A DNA stretch of 58,540 nucleotides, counting the filler, from Sphacelaria rigidula (Eukaryota), in the NCBI GenBank assembly GCA_964200075.2. It is 6 parts of 6 records of this genome, joined end to end, with 100 filler letters (N's around TTAATTAATTAA, not from the genome) between each part and the next. Parts side by side here need not be neighbours in the genome. Positions count along the whole stretch, not along the records: positions 19,549 to 29,221 come from CAXNAA020007987.1; positions 29,322 to 38,994 come from CAXNAA020007988.1; 4 more parts are not named here. The stretch is one strand, 5' to 3'. Below the pieces are notes generated by a model that saw only the letters and a list, made by a program, of their open reading frames with translations, was not told the DNA's origin and searched no databases. The position numbers and the translations under genes are program-made. Shown one piece after another: positions 22,601-35,249 of this stretch; positions within the stretch are counted from its first letter, which is position 1, and each line of letters opens with the position of its first letter.

Positions 22601-25453
22601 CTAGAAAGATGTCACCTTTCACTGACGAGCGAAGAATCTACTGATGACGCCTTCGCTGTTCAGCACTTTGTCGTAGCCTACAGCACAGTGGATATGTACC
22701 AATATCGCTGACCCCAGTGGCGGATTCTGTTTTGCCCCAAGACCTACTGACGGCGAGAGCGCGTGCGCAGTAGCTACTGAGGTCCAGCGTACTCATCAAC
22801 TGTAGTGTTAGAGACAGGTGTATCCTGCCTTCTGTATTCGTGGGTGAGGCGACTTAATGTTATGTCCTGTCCTGTGTTCGCTCTGACTGGTAGAGTCGTG
22901 ACCAGTCCCCTGGGTACTTGATCGGTACAACCTCTGCCGATATGATTGATTCACCATCGATTCGAAAAATGCAGAAATCCGTGAGAACAAGTACCCCAGT
23001 AGTTTTATCCCTCAAAGGTAATCGTTTCCTGAAATAGAAGTGTCGATATTGAAAATCCCCCTCTCCCGCCTGCCTGCCAAACACCGTAAAATTGATCATG
23101 TCATAATCGGGCGACAACCTTCCACGGAATGTCAGACGACCAACAGAGGACTTCGGATCATGAGCAGCCTGAAAAACGGCTCGCACTCGACTGGCGTCGA
23201 CGGCGAAACAGAAGGGGTGGAGAATGACAGTAACAAGGGTGACACTGATGATGATCTGTCACCGGTGAGAACGTGCCAAAGGGCGCCCGTTGTTGTTCTC
23301 AAAGAGTGCAGAGGAAGTTGATACAACACTCCTCAGTAAATGAAAGCTTCTCATCCCCTTCTGCAAATCTAATGCTCTACACCTCGTCGTGCTATGTCTA
23401 ACCCATGGGGTCTCTCGTAGATATAGATGCTTACGCGTCTCGAGTTCCGAGTCACATCATTGGAAGCATAAAGCACAGGGGCAACGCTGAATGCGTTTTT
23501 TTTCAAGGGCACAGTTCAGAGTTAACGGATGATGAAGCTTGCGAAATGCGGCACAAAATAATGTTCCTGTACGAAGAAAAATACCAATGGTGAAACCAAC
23601 CAGTTACATGGTGGGTAAGAAGATAATTGATGTGGTAGATTTGCCGTTCGAAGAACTTGAAAAAAAAGCTGTGCAGTTCTGACGTGAGACCGCGCGGTAA
23701 ATGAGGGCCAAGAGGATATATATATATATATATGTGTGTGTTGCATGTGCCGTTGTATGTTCCGCCCGATTTTTTCCGACCCTGCAGTCATCATGTACTT
23801 TAGCATCGACTTCACTCGGCGTCACAGAACACCAACAGACTACAACAAAAAAAAGAGAGAATGGTCGTCAGGTGAAGGTTTGGAATACATTTCAAGTTGA
23901 AATATTTGACGAAGTTATCATGTTCTCTTTCATGGTACGAGTGTGTTGCTGCCTACACCCGGTTCTCCGGCTGTGGGACCCAGTTTGTAGTCTTATGATC
24001 ACATGTAGCATGGCCGTGCATATGTAGGTAGGAGTTGCACACCAATTTTATAGTCGACAGTCTGCACGAGGACTTGAGGACATTGTAAGGCCACGGCACC
24101 AAAATCGAGGCACGAGAAATAAGAAGAGATAGCACTCTGCCGAGGCGCCGCACTTGAGACCTTTTTTTGGGTTCTACCCGTGATAGCCCTCTAAATCGAG
24201 CAGTTGTTTTGGCAAAGGAGAGTTCTTTTTTCTTCATTTGGCGTGCTTTGGTTTTCAAGCCGCGCATTGTACTGTTAATTAGATCGCTTGGAAATCATGT
24301 CAAAAACAATTGGGACTCTACCACAACGAAGCAAAAATAGGAGATTGTGGAGCATCTCTCAGGGCATTCCTCATTCTGCCTGTGACAGACGAGTGAAAAA
24401 CAAGAGAGGCAATAGGTAAAAATAGACACAGCTTGAAGTACAGGACACACGCCACATCAGACCATGTGTTCTGCTGATCCAATAGATCCCAGCTTTAACA
24501 TACTGATGTTACTGACATTACTGACACACCCACCCCAGGCATTGTGCTCGACAAAGCTGCATTCGATGTTCGACTTTTCGTTACTCCAGTTGATACCGAT
24601 CGCACGATTTTCCATCATCATGCCCCAAACCGCCCGCCTATTTCAAATTTGCGTCTCTCTTTTTTTTCCCGGCTGCCATTTACTTGTCCCGCATCGCCGC
24701 CCTGGCTACGCCGGCATATTCGCCAACAAATAGAGCACGGCAGCATCGTCCTCGCATGCTCACCCTCATTGGATGTTGAAGAAGGTGGTGCACGGTGTTG
24801 TAGCAGTAGGTAAAATGAGCAAAGCAAGGAGCGTTAACAGGGTGGCAGTACAATCTGAAGCACCGCTCTGGGCGGGGTCGTCGACTTCAGGTCCTGCATC
24901 GTCGGAAATTCCGACACCGCCAGCGGCCACCTCAAGCTACACGATGGCATCCCCTACAGCCCGTTTACACCCTCAGTCTTCGAAGATCACGCCAACCGAT
25001 GGGTTATTTGGCGACGCTGGCAGACGGTCTGAACAATCTTCTGCAGTCGAGACTGGCCCCCATGTCGACGGAAAGAGAATAACGTTTTGCAAGGCAGGGT
25101 TCTGCGTGATGGCTGCTGCGCCGACAGCGCGAGGAGTTCAGCGGGCGAATTCCGGCGCGTTTGAAACGAGCGATGAGTTTAAGGCACCATCGCGAACTCC
25201 CGGATCGCTAGGTATAGTCGTACGTAGCACGGGAGCATCCTCTGTACCCCACCTCCACCGCCACTTGTCAGAAAACCCAGGTAGCGATTATCCTGCTGAC
25301 GCTGCCAGAAGCAAGTATTCGTCTGCGGTTGGAACTCCTCGTAGTGGGGCCAGGAAGACTAAGACTACGTCGTTTCGCGCGATATCGTTAGGCGTCATGG
25401 GTCTTACGTCTACCCTGCGACGAGTCCATAGCGCGGATTCAATAGCGTCCTAA
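19640..25453 (+). CDS. Probable multi-exon gene of unknown function; candidate exons ~19640-19858, 22179-22263, 23136-23264, ~23420-23590 and terminal 24733-25453
   Basis: Open frames with canonical splice sites (CAG/GTAAGG, CAG/GTGAGT, CCG/GTGAGA). There is a 226-aa Ser/Ala/Pro-rich terminal ORF. Phases are not fully reconciled and no domain is recognised. Confidence 0.4.
20760..22425. repeat. Dispersed repeat pair in inverted orientation (~20775-20890 vs ~22313-22425)
   Basis: The reverse complement of the first aligns with the second (translations CDSLGQQLTGLDRLWF vs CNSIAQQLNRSDRLWF). Confidence 0.65.
21282..21530 (+). repeat. ~65-bp duplication around a poly-C run and small N gap
   Basis: ataccgtggggctcggaaaaatggaaagcgatttggctgcggttaggatattggtcctgtcatagc occurs at 21281 and 21463. 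Confidence 0.85.
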
Positions 25454-26749
25454 GCGAGCGACGGGTCGAATAGCGCACCCGCGGTGGATTGAAACCCAGC
25501 GGAATCAGTCGGGGAGGTGTAGATACTTGTGAAGTGTTTCACATGAAGGGGGGTAATGTCTCCTCGGTTCCATTTGCCACCAATCCAGGTACTCACAGGC
25601 GTCAGCAGAGAGGAATCTTGCGGGATTTGGGCGACGAAACAACGCACGCATCAGAGCACATTGTGGAATATACCGTAGATAAATTGTGGCCTTGCCCAAC
25701 GTTGAAATCGAACTGTTTACTATGGGGAAATCGAGAATAGCTACATGAAAAAACTGCACATGTTTTCGATCGGTGAACCCGAAGTGTGCAATTTTCAGGC
25801 CCTGCAACTCTATTACTCCGGAACATTCGGTATCCAAGGACCGATGGGTGATGTGAAGATGAGGGTGCAGTGTTTACCACATACAGTACCAGCGTGCGAG
25901 TGATGATCCTGCTCTTTTTGTATTGCTTTGCATGTGTTTCGATTCAGTTTCCACCACATTTCAAGCCAGTCCAATTTTGAGTTCTTGAGTTTCGGGGGGT
26001 CCATTATTATGAGTATGATTATGGTTATGATGGGTATGACCATGAGTGTAATGATTATGATCATCAACATGATAGTTATTTTGATTTCGATTGTGATTTT
26101 GATTTTGATTGTTATAATCACTCCTATTATCATGATTTTTACTATTACTATTACTGCTCTCATTCACTGTCATTTCCGCGCATTAGCCCGATCTCTCAAA
26201 CTCGTGGTCACGTATGTTTCATGGGGACGGGGGTGCCCCTGAAAGAGGCCCAGCAATTTCTTAGAAATAAAACTTGCCTCGGTTCGCACGAGAGCAGAGA
26301 CGACGTAACCGGGCTGCGCTTATCAAGAGCTGGTCTCACAATTCCAATTCTCAAATTGGTTGTTGTCTCAGGCTATTCCAGATTCGGCATTAGATTTCTG
26401 TGACAGAAAATACGCTCGTTTATTCGGAATACTTGCAAAAAAACACGGGTACTTTTAAGAAAACAACGAGAATTTTTCGAAAAACTGCTCATAAGATGAC
26501 CCCGTTATCTGGAGTACAGGGGGCCACACTCAGCACAATACAACTCTGCAGTGGTATATGAAGTGCAGAGTACTACACTGAACACCAGACAACACGCCAG
26601 TTCTGCAGTGTTCTCTCGTTTTAGAATCTGAAGACGGACTGTATACAGTATGACACCGTCACTTCTGTACTCTCTGTGCTTGCAGAGTACAGCCTGTACT
26701 CGGACAGGGGAGGTGGTACCCGGACAGGGGAGGTGGACAGCACGCTCTC

Positions 26750-26965
26750 ACTTGTGGATAGATACACCGCAGTAGCTGGGTATGCTTTGTTATTTTTTGT
26801 TGGTGTAAACTTGCTCGTCTTCTCTCATGATGGGCATCAGCGACAGAACTGCGTGGTACGGTGGGCAACCGAATTGCGTGCACGCTCATGGATAGTGCAG
26901 TCTGTACAAAGCTGCACGATGCTGAAGTCCTCTTCACGTCGCATTGAAAGCAGGGAGAACTGATA
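26750..26965 (-). repeat. Dispersed repeat; homologue at ~50835-51045 (+)
   Basis: The reverse complement acgtgaagaggacttcagcatcgtgcagcttt...ccatgagcgtgcacgcaatt...ccaacaaaaaataacaaagcataccca matches 50860-51040. Confidence 0.8.
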
Positions 26966-27149
26966 GTCCTGGGCTCTTTGCACTGCATGTTGCCCGCTTC
27001 TCCCTCATATCCTCCTGAACGAAACACGCACACACGCACTCAAGACACCCTGCTTGCAAGCGGTGCAGAGAGTACAGACTGTGTGTATTGTACACGAGTG
27101 ACCATGTGCCGCGTCACGGATTTCAGGCACAGGACCCATACATAGGGAT

Positions 27150-27682
27150 AATTTAATCTACAATTATTTGCGCGAAGGGCGATCGTGTCCGAGCGTTCAG
27201 CATCGGCACCCTGCAAACAGTGAGGGCCTGTTGAAAATCAGCCGAAGAACTAAGGCATGGGACGTACGTGTCTTGTTTCACTGTACTGCAGCACAAACAC
27301 GCTCACTTCCGCTCTCATGTGCTCTAGCTATCTCTGTTCTGGGGTGTGTTCAGACGTTGCGAAGACGGTTTGGTCTCCGCTGAGATTGAGCGTACACACA
27401 ACAGTCTTTGTTTGACAGCTTTGATTTACAATTATTTGCGCGAAGGGCGATCGTGCCCGAGCGTTCAACATCGGCACCCTGCGAACAGTGAGGGCCCGTT
27501 AAAAATCAGCCGAATAACTAAGACATGGGACGTGTCTTGTTTCACTGTACTGCAGCACAAACACACTCACTTCCGCTCTCATGTGCTGTAGCTATCACTG
27601 TTCTGGGGTGTGTTCAGACGTTGCGGCGGGCGGTTTGGTCTCCGCTGAGATTGAGCGTACATACAACAGTCTTTGTTTGACA
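27150..27682 (+). repeat. Tandem duplication of a ~265-bp unit
   Basis: tacaattatttgcgcgaagggcgatcgtg...acaacagtctttgtttgaca occurs twice (~27158-27417 and ~27428-27682) with scattered substitutions. Confidence 0.92.
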
Positions 27683-28092
27683 TCAAATCGAGCCGTAGCT
27701 GCCCATCAGCTGTGTACATTGTGCGTGACCTTGCTCACATCTGTTCGGAATTCATTGAGAAATGATGATTTGTGTGAGACTCGCGCGCAGCACACGCCTA
27801 CAAAACGGTCAGCACCGACACGTTTTCGGTTGTTCTTGAAACGCCTGTAGCCGCCTTTCGTCCAATACAAAACTGATTTCTGTCAAACAAAGACTGCCGT
27901 GTGTAGATCAGCAAGGGCTCGCAGTGAAACTAATGCGCATGAGTAGTGGGTGTCTGTGCGTGTTTTTTCGAGGCTGGGGGTGTAGGTGTTGTGTTACCTT
28001 GTTGTGTCTTGTCTGCAGCGTTACACAGACCTTGGACCTGCTTGGACTATCGACCACTTCCAGACCCGCCGCATTTCTCAACCTGCGTGCAG

Positions 28093-28270
28093 ATCTGGGT
28101 TCGAATCTGTACAAAACTGCTTGTCGATAGGACTGAGGACTGGTCGTTATGGGGCCAATCCCCTGTTGAAGTGGATTGTGAAAAAGGGGAATCCCCTTCG
28201 TTGAAAAGGGCCCTAACAGCTCTAGCACTCTCTCTCATTCACGCCGGCGGCTCAGATGCCGCCAAAGACG
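28093..28270 (+). CDS. Possible exon (IWVRICTKLLVDRTEDWSLWGQ...LKRALTALALSLIHAGGSDAAKD) with a GC donor
   Basis: Acceptor gtgcAG, open helical-looking frame and donor G/GCgagt. Confidence 0.4.
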
Positions 28271-29789
28271 GCGAGTCCCATCGCTCTTCATTGAAGGCGT
28301 CTGCCTGTTCTGTACCTTTTCCGTTACATTCCAATGTTAGAAAGGATAGGAAAAACGGAAGTGTGATGCGAATCAGAGCGATCTATATGCATACAGTGTG
28401 CAATACAGTCGGCCGAATGGACTGGTGTCGTGGTCTGATCACGAGGTGATACTGGCGTCACTCTCAAAGCACACGCTCGGCCCGGGGTGACACGAGGTCA
28501 GCGGCTGGCCACATTGAACGATCGCAGTCGAGAGGAATGGCACTTGAGCTCGTGAGTAACAGACCATCGAGTCCGATAAGCACTGGATCGCAAGGCCAAG
28601 CAGGGACTCACTTTCACGTGCAGAATAGGTGCTCTTGACTTACTTGCAAGCGAGATGTCTCCAAGTGGTGGCTGATAGCTGTTATTAGTCAGTCTTAGCT
28701 AGGCAGCTAAACGAGAGTTGCTGTGTGCTGGAAGTTGTGAGGGCGGTGGGCTCCGGTCAAGGACGCCCGATTGGAATACGACACCAACATGCGAATGGAA
28801 TAAGACCTACTGCACTTGCCACGTGTACTGCAAAACGCCTACTACACATAGAGTCGATATCCGCCGTGACATCCCCCTCCCTTGCTTCGTACACCCTGCT
28901 AATGGAAGGTAAGGAAAGTCACAGCTCAATGCACTCCGGGGGAATTTCTTATTTGTATGCCATCAGCCTATGATCACGGTTGAGACGAGAAAACCGCAGA
29001 ATTTTGGGGCTAAGGTTAACCGCGGGAAAAACTCATGAAATTGGAAGGATGGGCAAAACCTGGTTTTCAGGAAAAAAAGCCTCATCGCTTGGGTAAAAAA
29101 TCTCTCACGCCCTTTCGGATCATAGCGAGTGCTTTCGCATATGCTATGTCGTCCCGGGATCCCAGTTACACTGGGAACAGAAACCACGGAGAATAGTCGG
29201 TGACTATTTTCCGATGGTAACNNNNNNNNNNNNNNNNNNNNNNNNNNNNNNNNNNNNNNNNNNNNTTAATTAATTAANNNNNNNNNNNNNNNNNNNNNNN
29301 NNNNNNNNNNNNNNNNNNNNNTAAAAAAGAAGTAGAAACGGCGGTTTCGGACAGCGCTGTAAGCTCACAGAGTCGATAAAATGCGCTGAAGAAGTATCTA
29401 CGCGATCGAGAGGCATTAGGCTGAGAAGAAAGTCATTGGGCACCATCGCTGAAAGCGTGGAGAAAGTACTGTTTTGAGCTCGAACCTCATTTAATTGATT
29501 AATCTCATTTTATTGATTCCTCTGTTCTATGATTTGTTGTTGACACCGATCACATTTTAGTGCTTCTAATAAGTAACAAGCGAAAACCTCCATAAACAAA
29601 AGCATGATTGATTTAGTGATTTGTTCTAAATATCATTCGGTTTGTTTTAGTAGACATTGGAAATCGTTTTTTTTTATTAACTATGTGCATAGATATGCGA
29701 GGTACCCCACCTCCATTCCAGCATCCACGCCTGTGCCGAAGCAACGTATCTATGCTCAGGCGTTTGGACATACACTCGTGAGCAGCGTT

Positions 29790-30400
29790 TGAGATTTGTA
29801 TTCAGCAAAAGCTGTTGAGAGTTCTGTCCTTCAGCTCAATCGATATATAAATTGGGGGGCAAGAGGATGGATAATTCTCAACAATCTTTGCTGCATCTCG
29901 GACCCCATCCGCTGATTATGGTGCAGTGTGCGGAACTTGCACAGTTGAGACTGTTCGCAATAAGTTACTTGCACAGTTGAGACTGTTCGCAATAAGTTCT
30001 CTTTCTGCCCAATTTCCCGAGGAATTAGCGGCCAAAGTGAGGATTTATTCCGTGCTTCTTCTCCTATATCTATTCCAAATCTGCCAGTGTGTATGGGATT
30101 TGTGGAGCAGCTGAAGTCCGTTTTTTGCCCAATTTAATTGGGCAACAAACGGATCAATTTCGAACAGCTTAACCTGCTCCACAAACCCCGTACAGGTGTA
30201 TGGAATTTGTGGAGCAGATGAAGCTGTTCAAAATAGATCCTTTTTAAACCCAACTCAACTGGGCAAAAAAAAAACTATCTCGAAAAGCTTCATCTGCTGT
30301 CCTAAAACAATCTTCTTTTTGCCCGATTGCCCAATTTGAAATCGGGCAAAGAGAGGAACTTTTTCGAACAGCTCCTCTAAATCTATATATTTAAAGCTGC
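29790..30400. mobile_element. Complex palindromic MITE-like region
   Basis: Nested inverted repeats tgtatgggatttgtggagcag / ctgctccacaaaccccgtaca and ttgcccaattt / attgggcaa. A ~31-bp tandem duplication lies at 29936-29998. Confidence 0.6.
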
Positions 30401-30599
30401 TGTAACAATATATTTATGGAATTTTCAAATTGGAATTGCCTCTCCACAAGGTTGCTTACAGGGTCTGGAGAAAAACGCTACACGAAATGCTGGTAGAGGT
30501 ACTAGGGTTTGCAAATGCCGTACAGGGGTTTCCACAAAGACTGCGAAAAACCCTGTGGAGCACATCCTGCAGGGTGCTATCTGTCCACGTGTGGGGACC

Positions 30600-30870
30600 A
30601 GACTCCCAGTGAAGGCAGTACGTAGTTTGAATTTGAGATTTCACACGGGATCTTTGGATGCTTCAGTGCCCTCGACATACTTCCCAGTACAGTTGACCGA
30701 TGTATACGTCGTAGAAGGCGTTAAGTTCAATCTTTTCTCCATTCATCACATGCAGGAGCGATATGATATCATTTTAATTTCGGCTGGAGTACATTTATTC
30801 AATGGCAGATTGCGATTTGACCGCAAATCGCGTATTTCATCACAATTTGCGACGCGTCTTCTGTCCTACA
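30600..30870 (+). mobile_element. Ty1/Copia pol fragment (post-protease / GAG-pre-integrase region)
   Basis: LTDVYVVEGVKFNLFSI resembles Copia LxDVxYVPxLxxNLxSV. It is followed by a Ser/Thr/Pro-rich degenerate stretch. Confidence 0.6.
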
Positions 30871-32607
30871 ACATAGAGTCTCAGCCCTCAAGTACTGTAA
30901 TTTCGACCCCCTCAACCACTGTAGTTTCGCCCTCTAGTGGAAGGTCAAATACACCTACTGTGGCTTCGCCAACCAGTGTACGGTCACACACACGTACTAC
31001 TGTAGAGTCGCGTCGGCATTGCCCCACGAATGAGACTGATCATGTAGAGTCGCGTAACCCCACGAGTGAGATTGTTAGTGTTACTGCTGTAGAGTCTTCC
31101 CCCGTTTCCATTCAATCTGATTACTCGTGTGCTACGATAGGGTCTTCACCGACAACTGCCCGGCCTGTTTGCGATGAGTCGGATTCCCGGAAGTCTACCT
31201 TAGTGTTTTCCCCGGCGCATCGTGCGCCCAATGTTAGTGTAGCGTCTTAAAGTCAGCGCCCGAGTGAGGAAATACATAGTTTTCATTCTCCCCCCAGTGT
31301 TGGCTTACGCATTGTTCCGCCGTAGGCGTTGTGTTTCCTCCCCTCGGTTTCTTTGTCCAGTCCGCTTCCGCTACAAGCGTTATATCTTACACATCAGGTG
31401 TTAGTATCCAGTCTGGTTCCCCGGCAAGCGGTGTACCTTTCGGGCGATCTTTTCCGCGTGTACAGCTTCTGCAACCACCGCCGACACCGCTCGACGGCAG
31501 GGGGGTTATGGAGCGAGTACCGTCGCCGACCCGCCGGCATCCCCGCAGTCGCTGATCAACGCGGTAAAACCCGAGCCGACGCCGCCACCGTCATTTTTAC
31601 ATCATACTGTCTTGCCGCCGCCACTACGCATCGTCGCTCCAACATCATACCATACTGCCTCATCGCCTAACCAGCAACAACACACTTTTACCACTACTGC
31701 GCCGCCGTTACCATCATTTCCACCCACCGTAGCACCACAATACAGGTATTTCCCGATTACCGCTGTGCCGCCGCCACCATTTCCATTCACCACCGCGCCA
31801 CAACAACCATACTTTATCTCAATTCTAAGTCCGACACGACTAATGCCAACACCACTGCTGCCACCACCGTCACAATCGGCAACACATTTTAATACGGGGC
31901 GTCGTCGGCGCCGGTGGAACGAAGCGGGGGGGCGGTGACGATGGATTGGAGCAGGGGAGTGATGCCGGTGGAGTGGAGCAAGCATGAGGTGCCAGTTCGA
32001 TGGAGCAGGGGGGCGCGTGACCATGGAAGAATGCGGAAAGCCGGAGATGGGTTTTGGAGGATAATATACTCCGAATGTGGCTGTGTCAAGTGTTTATTTG
32101 TAGACCACTTCAGCTTGATGGTAGATTCATGCACTGGGGATTTTGATTTTGAGTAAACGCGCAGCAATGTGAATACTGTCCGAATGCAGTGATTTTGACT
32201 AGTGGGCATCAGATTTACAACAGTAGTTGGCAAACTTAACAAGGATTTGGATTTATTTGAGATTTGTTGGAGGTTATTTTGAGTAAAAATAGCTGGCGCG
32301 CTTCTAAACTGCGTGAAAACTTCTGACTCCTAGCTTTGATCTTGAGTAGGGATGGCGTTATTACGCTTTGTACTGTATCATGTATTTGACCACAGTTCGA
32401 CTTGAGCTTGATTGTTGTGATTGACACTCAGTTTTTCAGTATCAGTTGTACTGTCATATATTTCACCACTGTTCGATTCGAGTTCGATTGTTGTGATTCA
32501 CTCTCGGTTCTCTAGTATTATCGAGATGCCCGCATAGTCTGAACTTTGATCATGCGTGGGTATCGCGGTATGGCCATTTATACTAAATATAATATTTTAC
32601 CGTAGTC

Positions 32608-32854
32608 TGTGACGCCAGCCAGTGGAAGACCTGCTGGATCACTGCTGTTGAGGGACTCCCCAGTCTTACTGGCCCCAGATTCAGTTGTGAGCCTTTACAA
32701 CATCCCATAATATCGGACTGACCTTCCAAGGCATCCACTTAGACACGCCAGGGTATCAACCTAGAGTCCCCGGTCATTATCCAGGTCATTACTACCAAAA
32801 GTCATTATCCATATCATCACTACCAACTCAACGTAACGGCGTATTTTCGTCACA
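32608..32854 (-). repeat. 3' LTR
   Basis: TGTGACG...CGTCACA, sharing the core ctgttgagggactccccagt with the other LTRs; adjacent to the PPT. Confidence 0.9.
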
Positions 32855-32928
32855 GCACCCCCAAAGCGCGTTGGACGAAAATCGATCAACAAATTTGATA
32901 CATAGAAAACGCCAAAACGAAGAGTAAG

Positions 32929-33141
32929 TCACAACTGAATACCAAACTCACTCGTAATGCGAGCAGCAACGGCACGAGTCACGCGCAATTCACGCAACTC
33001 CTTCGTAAGAAATTCTGGAGCGGCCTCGAAAGTAGTCTTGAAAGGCTCCCACGTACGCTCCTCAACTTCGAAACCAACCCAGTCGACCAACACGATCAAC
33101 GAACGATCGTCTGCTTCTGCCACTTGGACAATACCAGCCAT
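32929..33141 (-). pseudogene. Integrase C-terminal chromodomain
   Basis: LIVLVDWVGFEVEERTWEP resembles the chromodomain motif YLVKWxGxxxxxxTWEP. Confidence 0.85.
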
Positions 33142-33181
33142 CTGGAATTACCCCTGATTGAAAGCATGCTGGAACACATCC

Positions 33182-33433
33182 TGTGACGACAGCAGGTTGC
33201 TAGCACTGTAGCGTCTAAATCCTGTTGAGGGACTCCCCAGTTCCACTGGCCTCAGATTTCAGTTGTCAGCCTTTACAACATCTCATTATTCAGGAGTGCC
33301 TCCCAGGCGGCTCCATAGATCACATCAGGGTATCACCCCTGTGTCCATGTCATCACCCATTTCATCACTACAGATCCCAAGTCATCATCCAATCATCACT
33401 ACACACTCAACGTGACGGCGTGATTTCGTCACA
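33182..33433 (-). repeat. Solo LTR of the same family inserted between integrase and chromodomain
   Basis: TGTGACG...CGTCACA with flanks ATCC/GTCC (imperfect 4-bp TSD). It interrupts ...NVTADARD|VFQHAFNQG. Confidence 0.85.
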
Positions 33434-33806
33434 GTCCCTAGCGTCAGCCGTAACATTATTTATTTTCCTGCAAAAAACGCAAACGAGCTACATGGGCGGT
33501 CTGAACACTACCTGAAACAATGATCTGAATCTCAAACACGTGCGGGTGGTGAGCACCAACCACTCTCCATCGACCAGTCCTTGTCGCCATCAACTTGGGC
33601 GTAACACCCGGACGACGCACGGGTGCATACAAGACATAGTCGCCTACCTCAAAATTCGGCAGTTCCATCCCCGACGAGGACCCCTAACGTCTACGCGCAC
33701 GTTCAGTGGCAACACGTTCCTGCACTTGAACGTGGAAGCGTTCTTGCGAGTCCAAGACTCCTTGCAATGCACTCTTGACTTGAACATCGTCCAGAACATC
33801 ACACTT

Positions 33807-35003
33807 CTACTCCCCCACCGACGAAGACATCAGCACCGCGGAATACGTACGAGGGGAACAATCAGACATCACGTGGTACGGCGTACTATCGTAACGACGA
33901 CGATACACTGTATTGAGCGCCCATTGCACAGCCGGCAACACGTCCACCCACTCGGAAACCGCTCTACGCTGCTCGAGAAGAACAGAGCGAAGAGCACGAA
34001 CTACTTCCTTGACCATGCGTTCGCACGTACCGTTAGACCATGCAGAACACGCTACTGCAAAATGGTGATCAACGCGCAAAGCCTCTCGCAATCGGGCCAA
34101 GATCGCATTCTTGAAATGCGTGGCGGTATACCTCACCCACACACGCGGCACCCCCAAAGTTTTGCACCAATTCAGCAAAGATGCAGCGGTCGATTCAGCA
34201 GTACACACTGCTACTGGTTCCAGAGCCACAAAGTTGCTCAAATCATCCATGATTACCAAAATACATCGAAACCCAGCATCCGCCGACAAACCTTGGGAAG
34301 CTAGCGGACCACTCTCGCCCACGTACAAGAAGTCAAAATAAACGACTTCATTAGGCGTGGTCCCATGGCCTGTTTCGCCGAGCGGGCGGGGAACAACATC
34401 GCCTGCCCTCGAGTCGGCACAGTGAAGACACTGACGGACAAATTCGCGCACATGAGTTTCCATCCCCTGCCAGACACAAAACTCTTGCAAGCGCACGAGT
34501 GTCGCAGCCACACCACGATGCCCAGCGTCGCGCATGTGCGCGCAAATCATCAGACGCCCCTGCAACTGCTTGTCAGAACTCGGAATCCACAAAACGTTTC
34601 GGCCACGCACATGCACACGAAACAGACCTTCGTTGTCCAAGATAGCAGTACCAACGTCCGACTCGAAATATTGCACATTCGCATCTTCGGCCCCAAGGTC
34701 TTTTCGTTGCGCTTGGCGGACAACAGATTTGGACGGCATCGAGTCATCAGGTTCACACGGACCATACACAGCCATAGCGCGCGCAGGCAAAGTGGGAATA
34801 TTTTCCCAGCGCGACAGCAAGTCACCCCATGCGTTACGTTCACCCGAAATATGACAAATCGTGTACCGATACTGGCCTAGTACACTTTTCCACCCCTCGA
34901 ATCGCTGTGCCAATTCCTTCGAAACAGACGTCACGCATGCCTCCGGGTTGGAAATGTACTCTAGATTTCGGTGACCCGTGAAAATATGTGCGCCATTGCA
35001 CAA
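33807..35003 (-). pseudogene. Gypsy RNase H C-terminus + integrase (zinc-binding and core)
   Basis: HIFTGHRNL, HISGERNAWGDLLSRW, GHRGV...CLHC, DF...ATHF...NGTCER. The second catalytic Asp region is degenerate (RYTATHF). Confidence 0.9.
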
Positions 35004-35030
35004 GAGATGCTCAAGACGACGAAAAGTGCT

Positions 35031-35245
35031 GACACTTTCTACGATAGCCCCCCTTAAAACCAGCCAAAAGTGTCACGAAAACAATGACCATACAGCGCCT
35101 CATATTGGCGACATTGGCTACAACGAACCCAAGCGTGGGTATTCTCAGCTGCTCGTTGTGCTCTGCTTTTCCCACTTCGATTTATGTGGAGATTTTGCCT
35201 CCAAAAACCATGCAATTTTTGAGGGGGGCTATCGCAGAAAGTGTC
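35031..35245. mobile_element. MITE family B (TIR GACACTTTCT(A/G)CGATAGCCCCCC), 4-bp TSD TGCT, inserted in RNase H
   Basis: tgct|GACACTTTCTACGATAGCCCCCC...GGGGGGCTATCGCAGAAAGTGTC|tgct. Excision restores EGFAIVS-TFRRLEHLL. Confidence 0.92.
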
Positions 35246-35249
35246 TGCT

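Noticed and set aside
22620..22660. Hammerhead-like CTGACGA/CTGATGA cores
   Set aside because: I could not build the flanking stems or a correctly placed GAAA.
25813..26242. Ile/Met-rich membrane-protein-like ORFs (also poly-Ile at 18180-18485)
   Set aside because: These are translations of (ATT)n retroposon tails.
33540..34880. Long plus-strand ORFs (254 aa, 171 aa)
   Set aside because: Antisense shadows of the GC-rich integrase frame.
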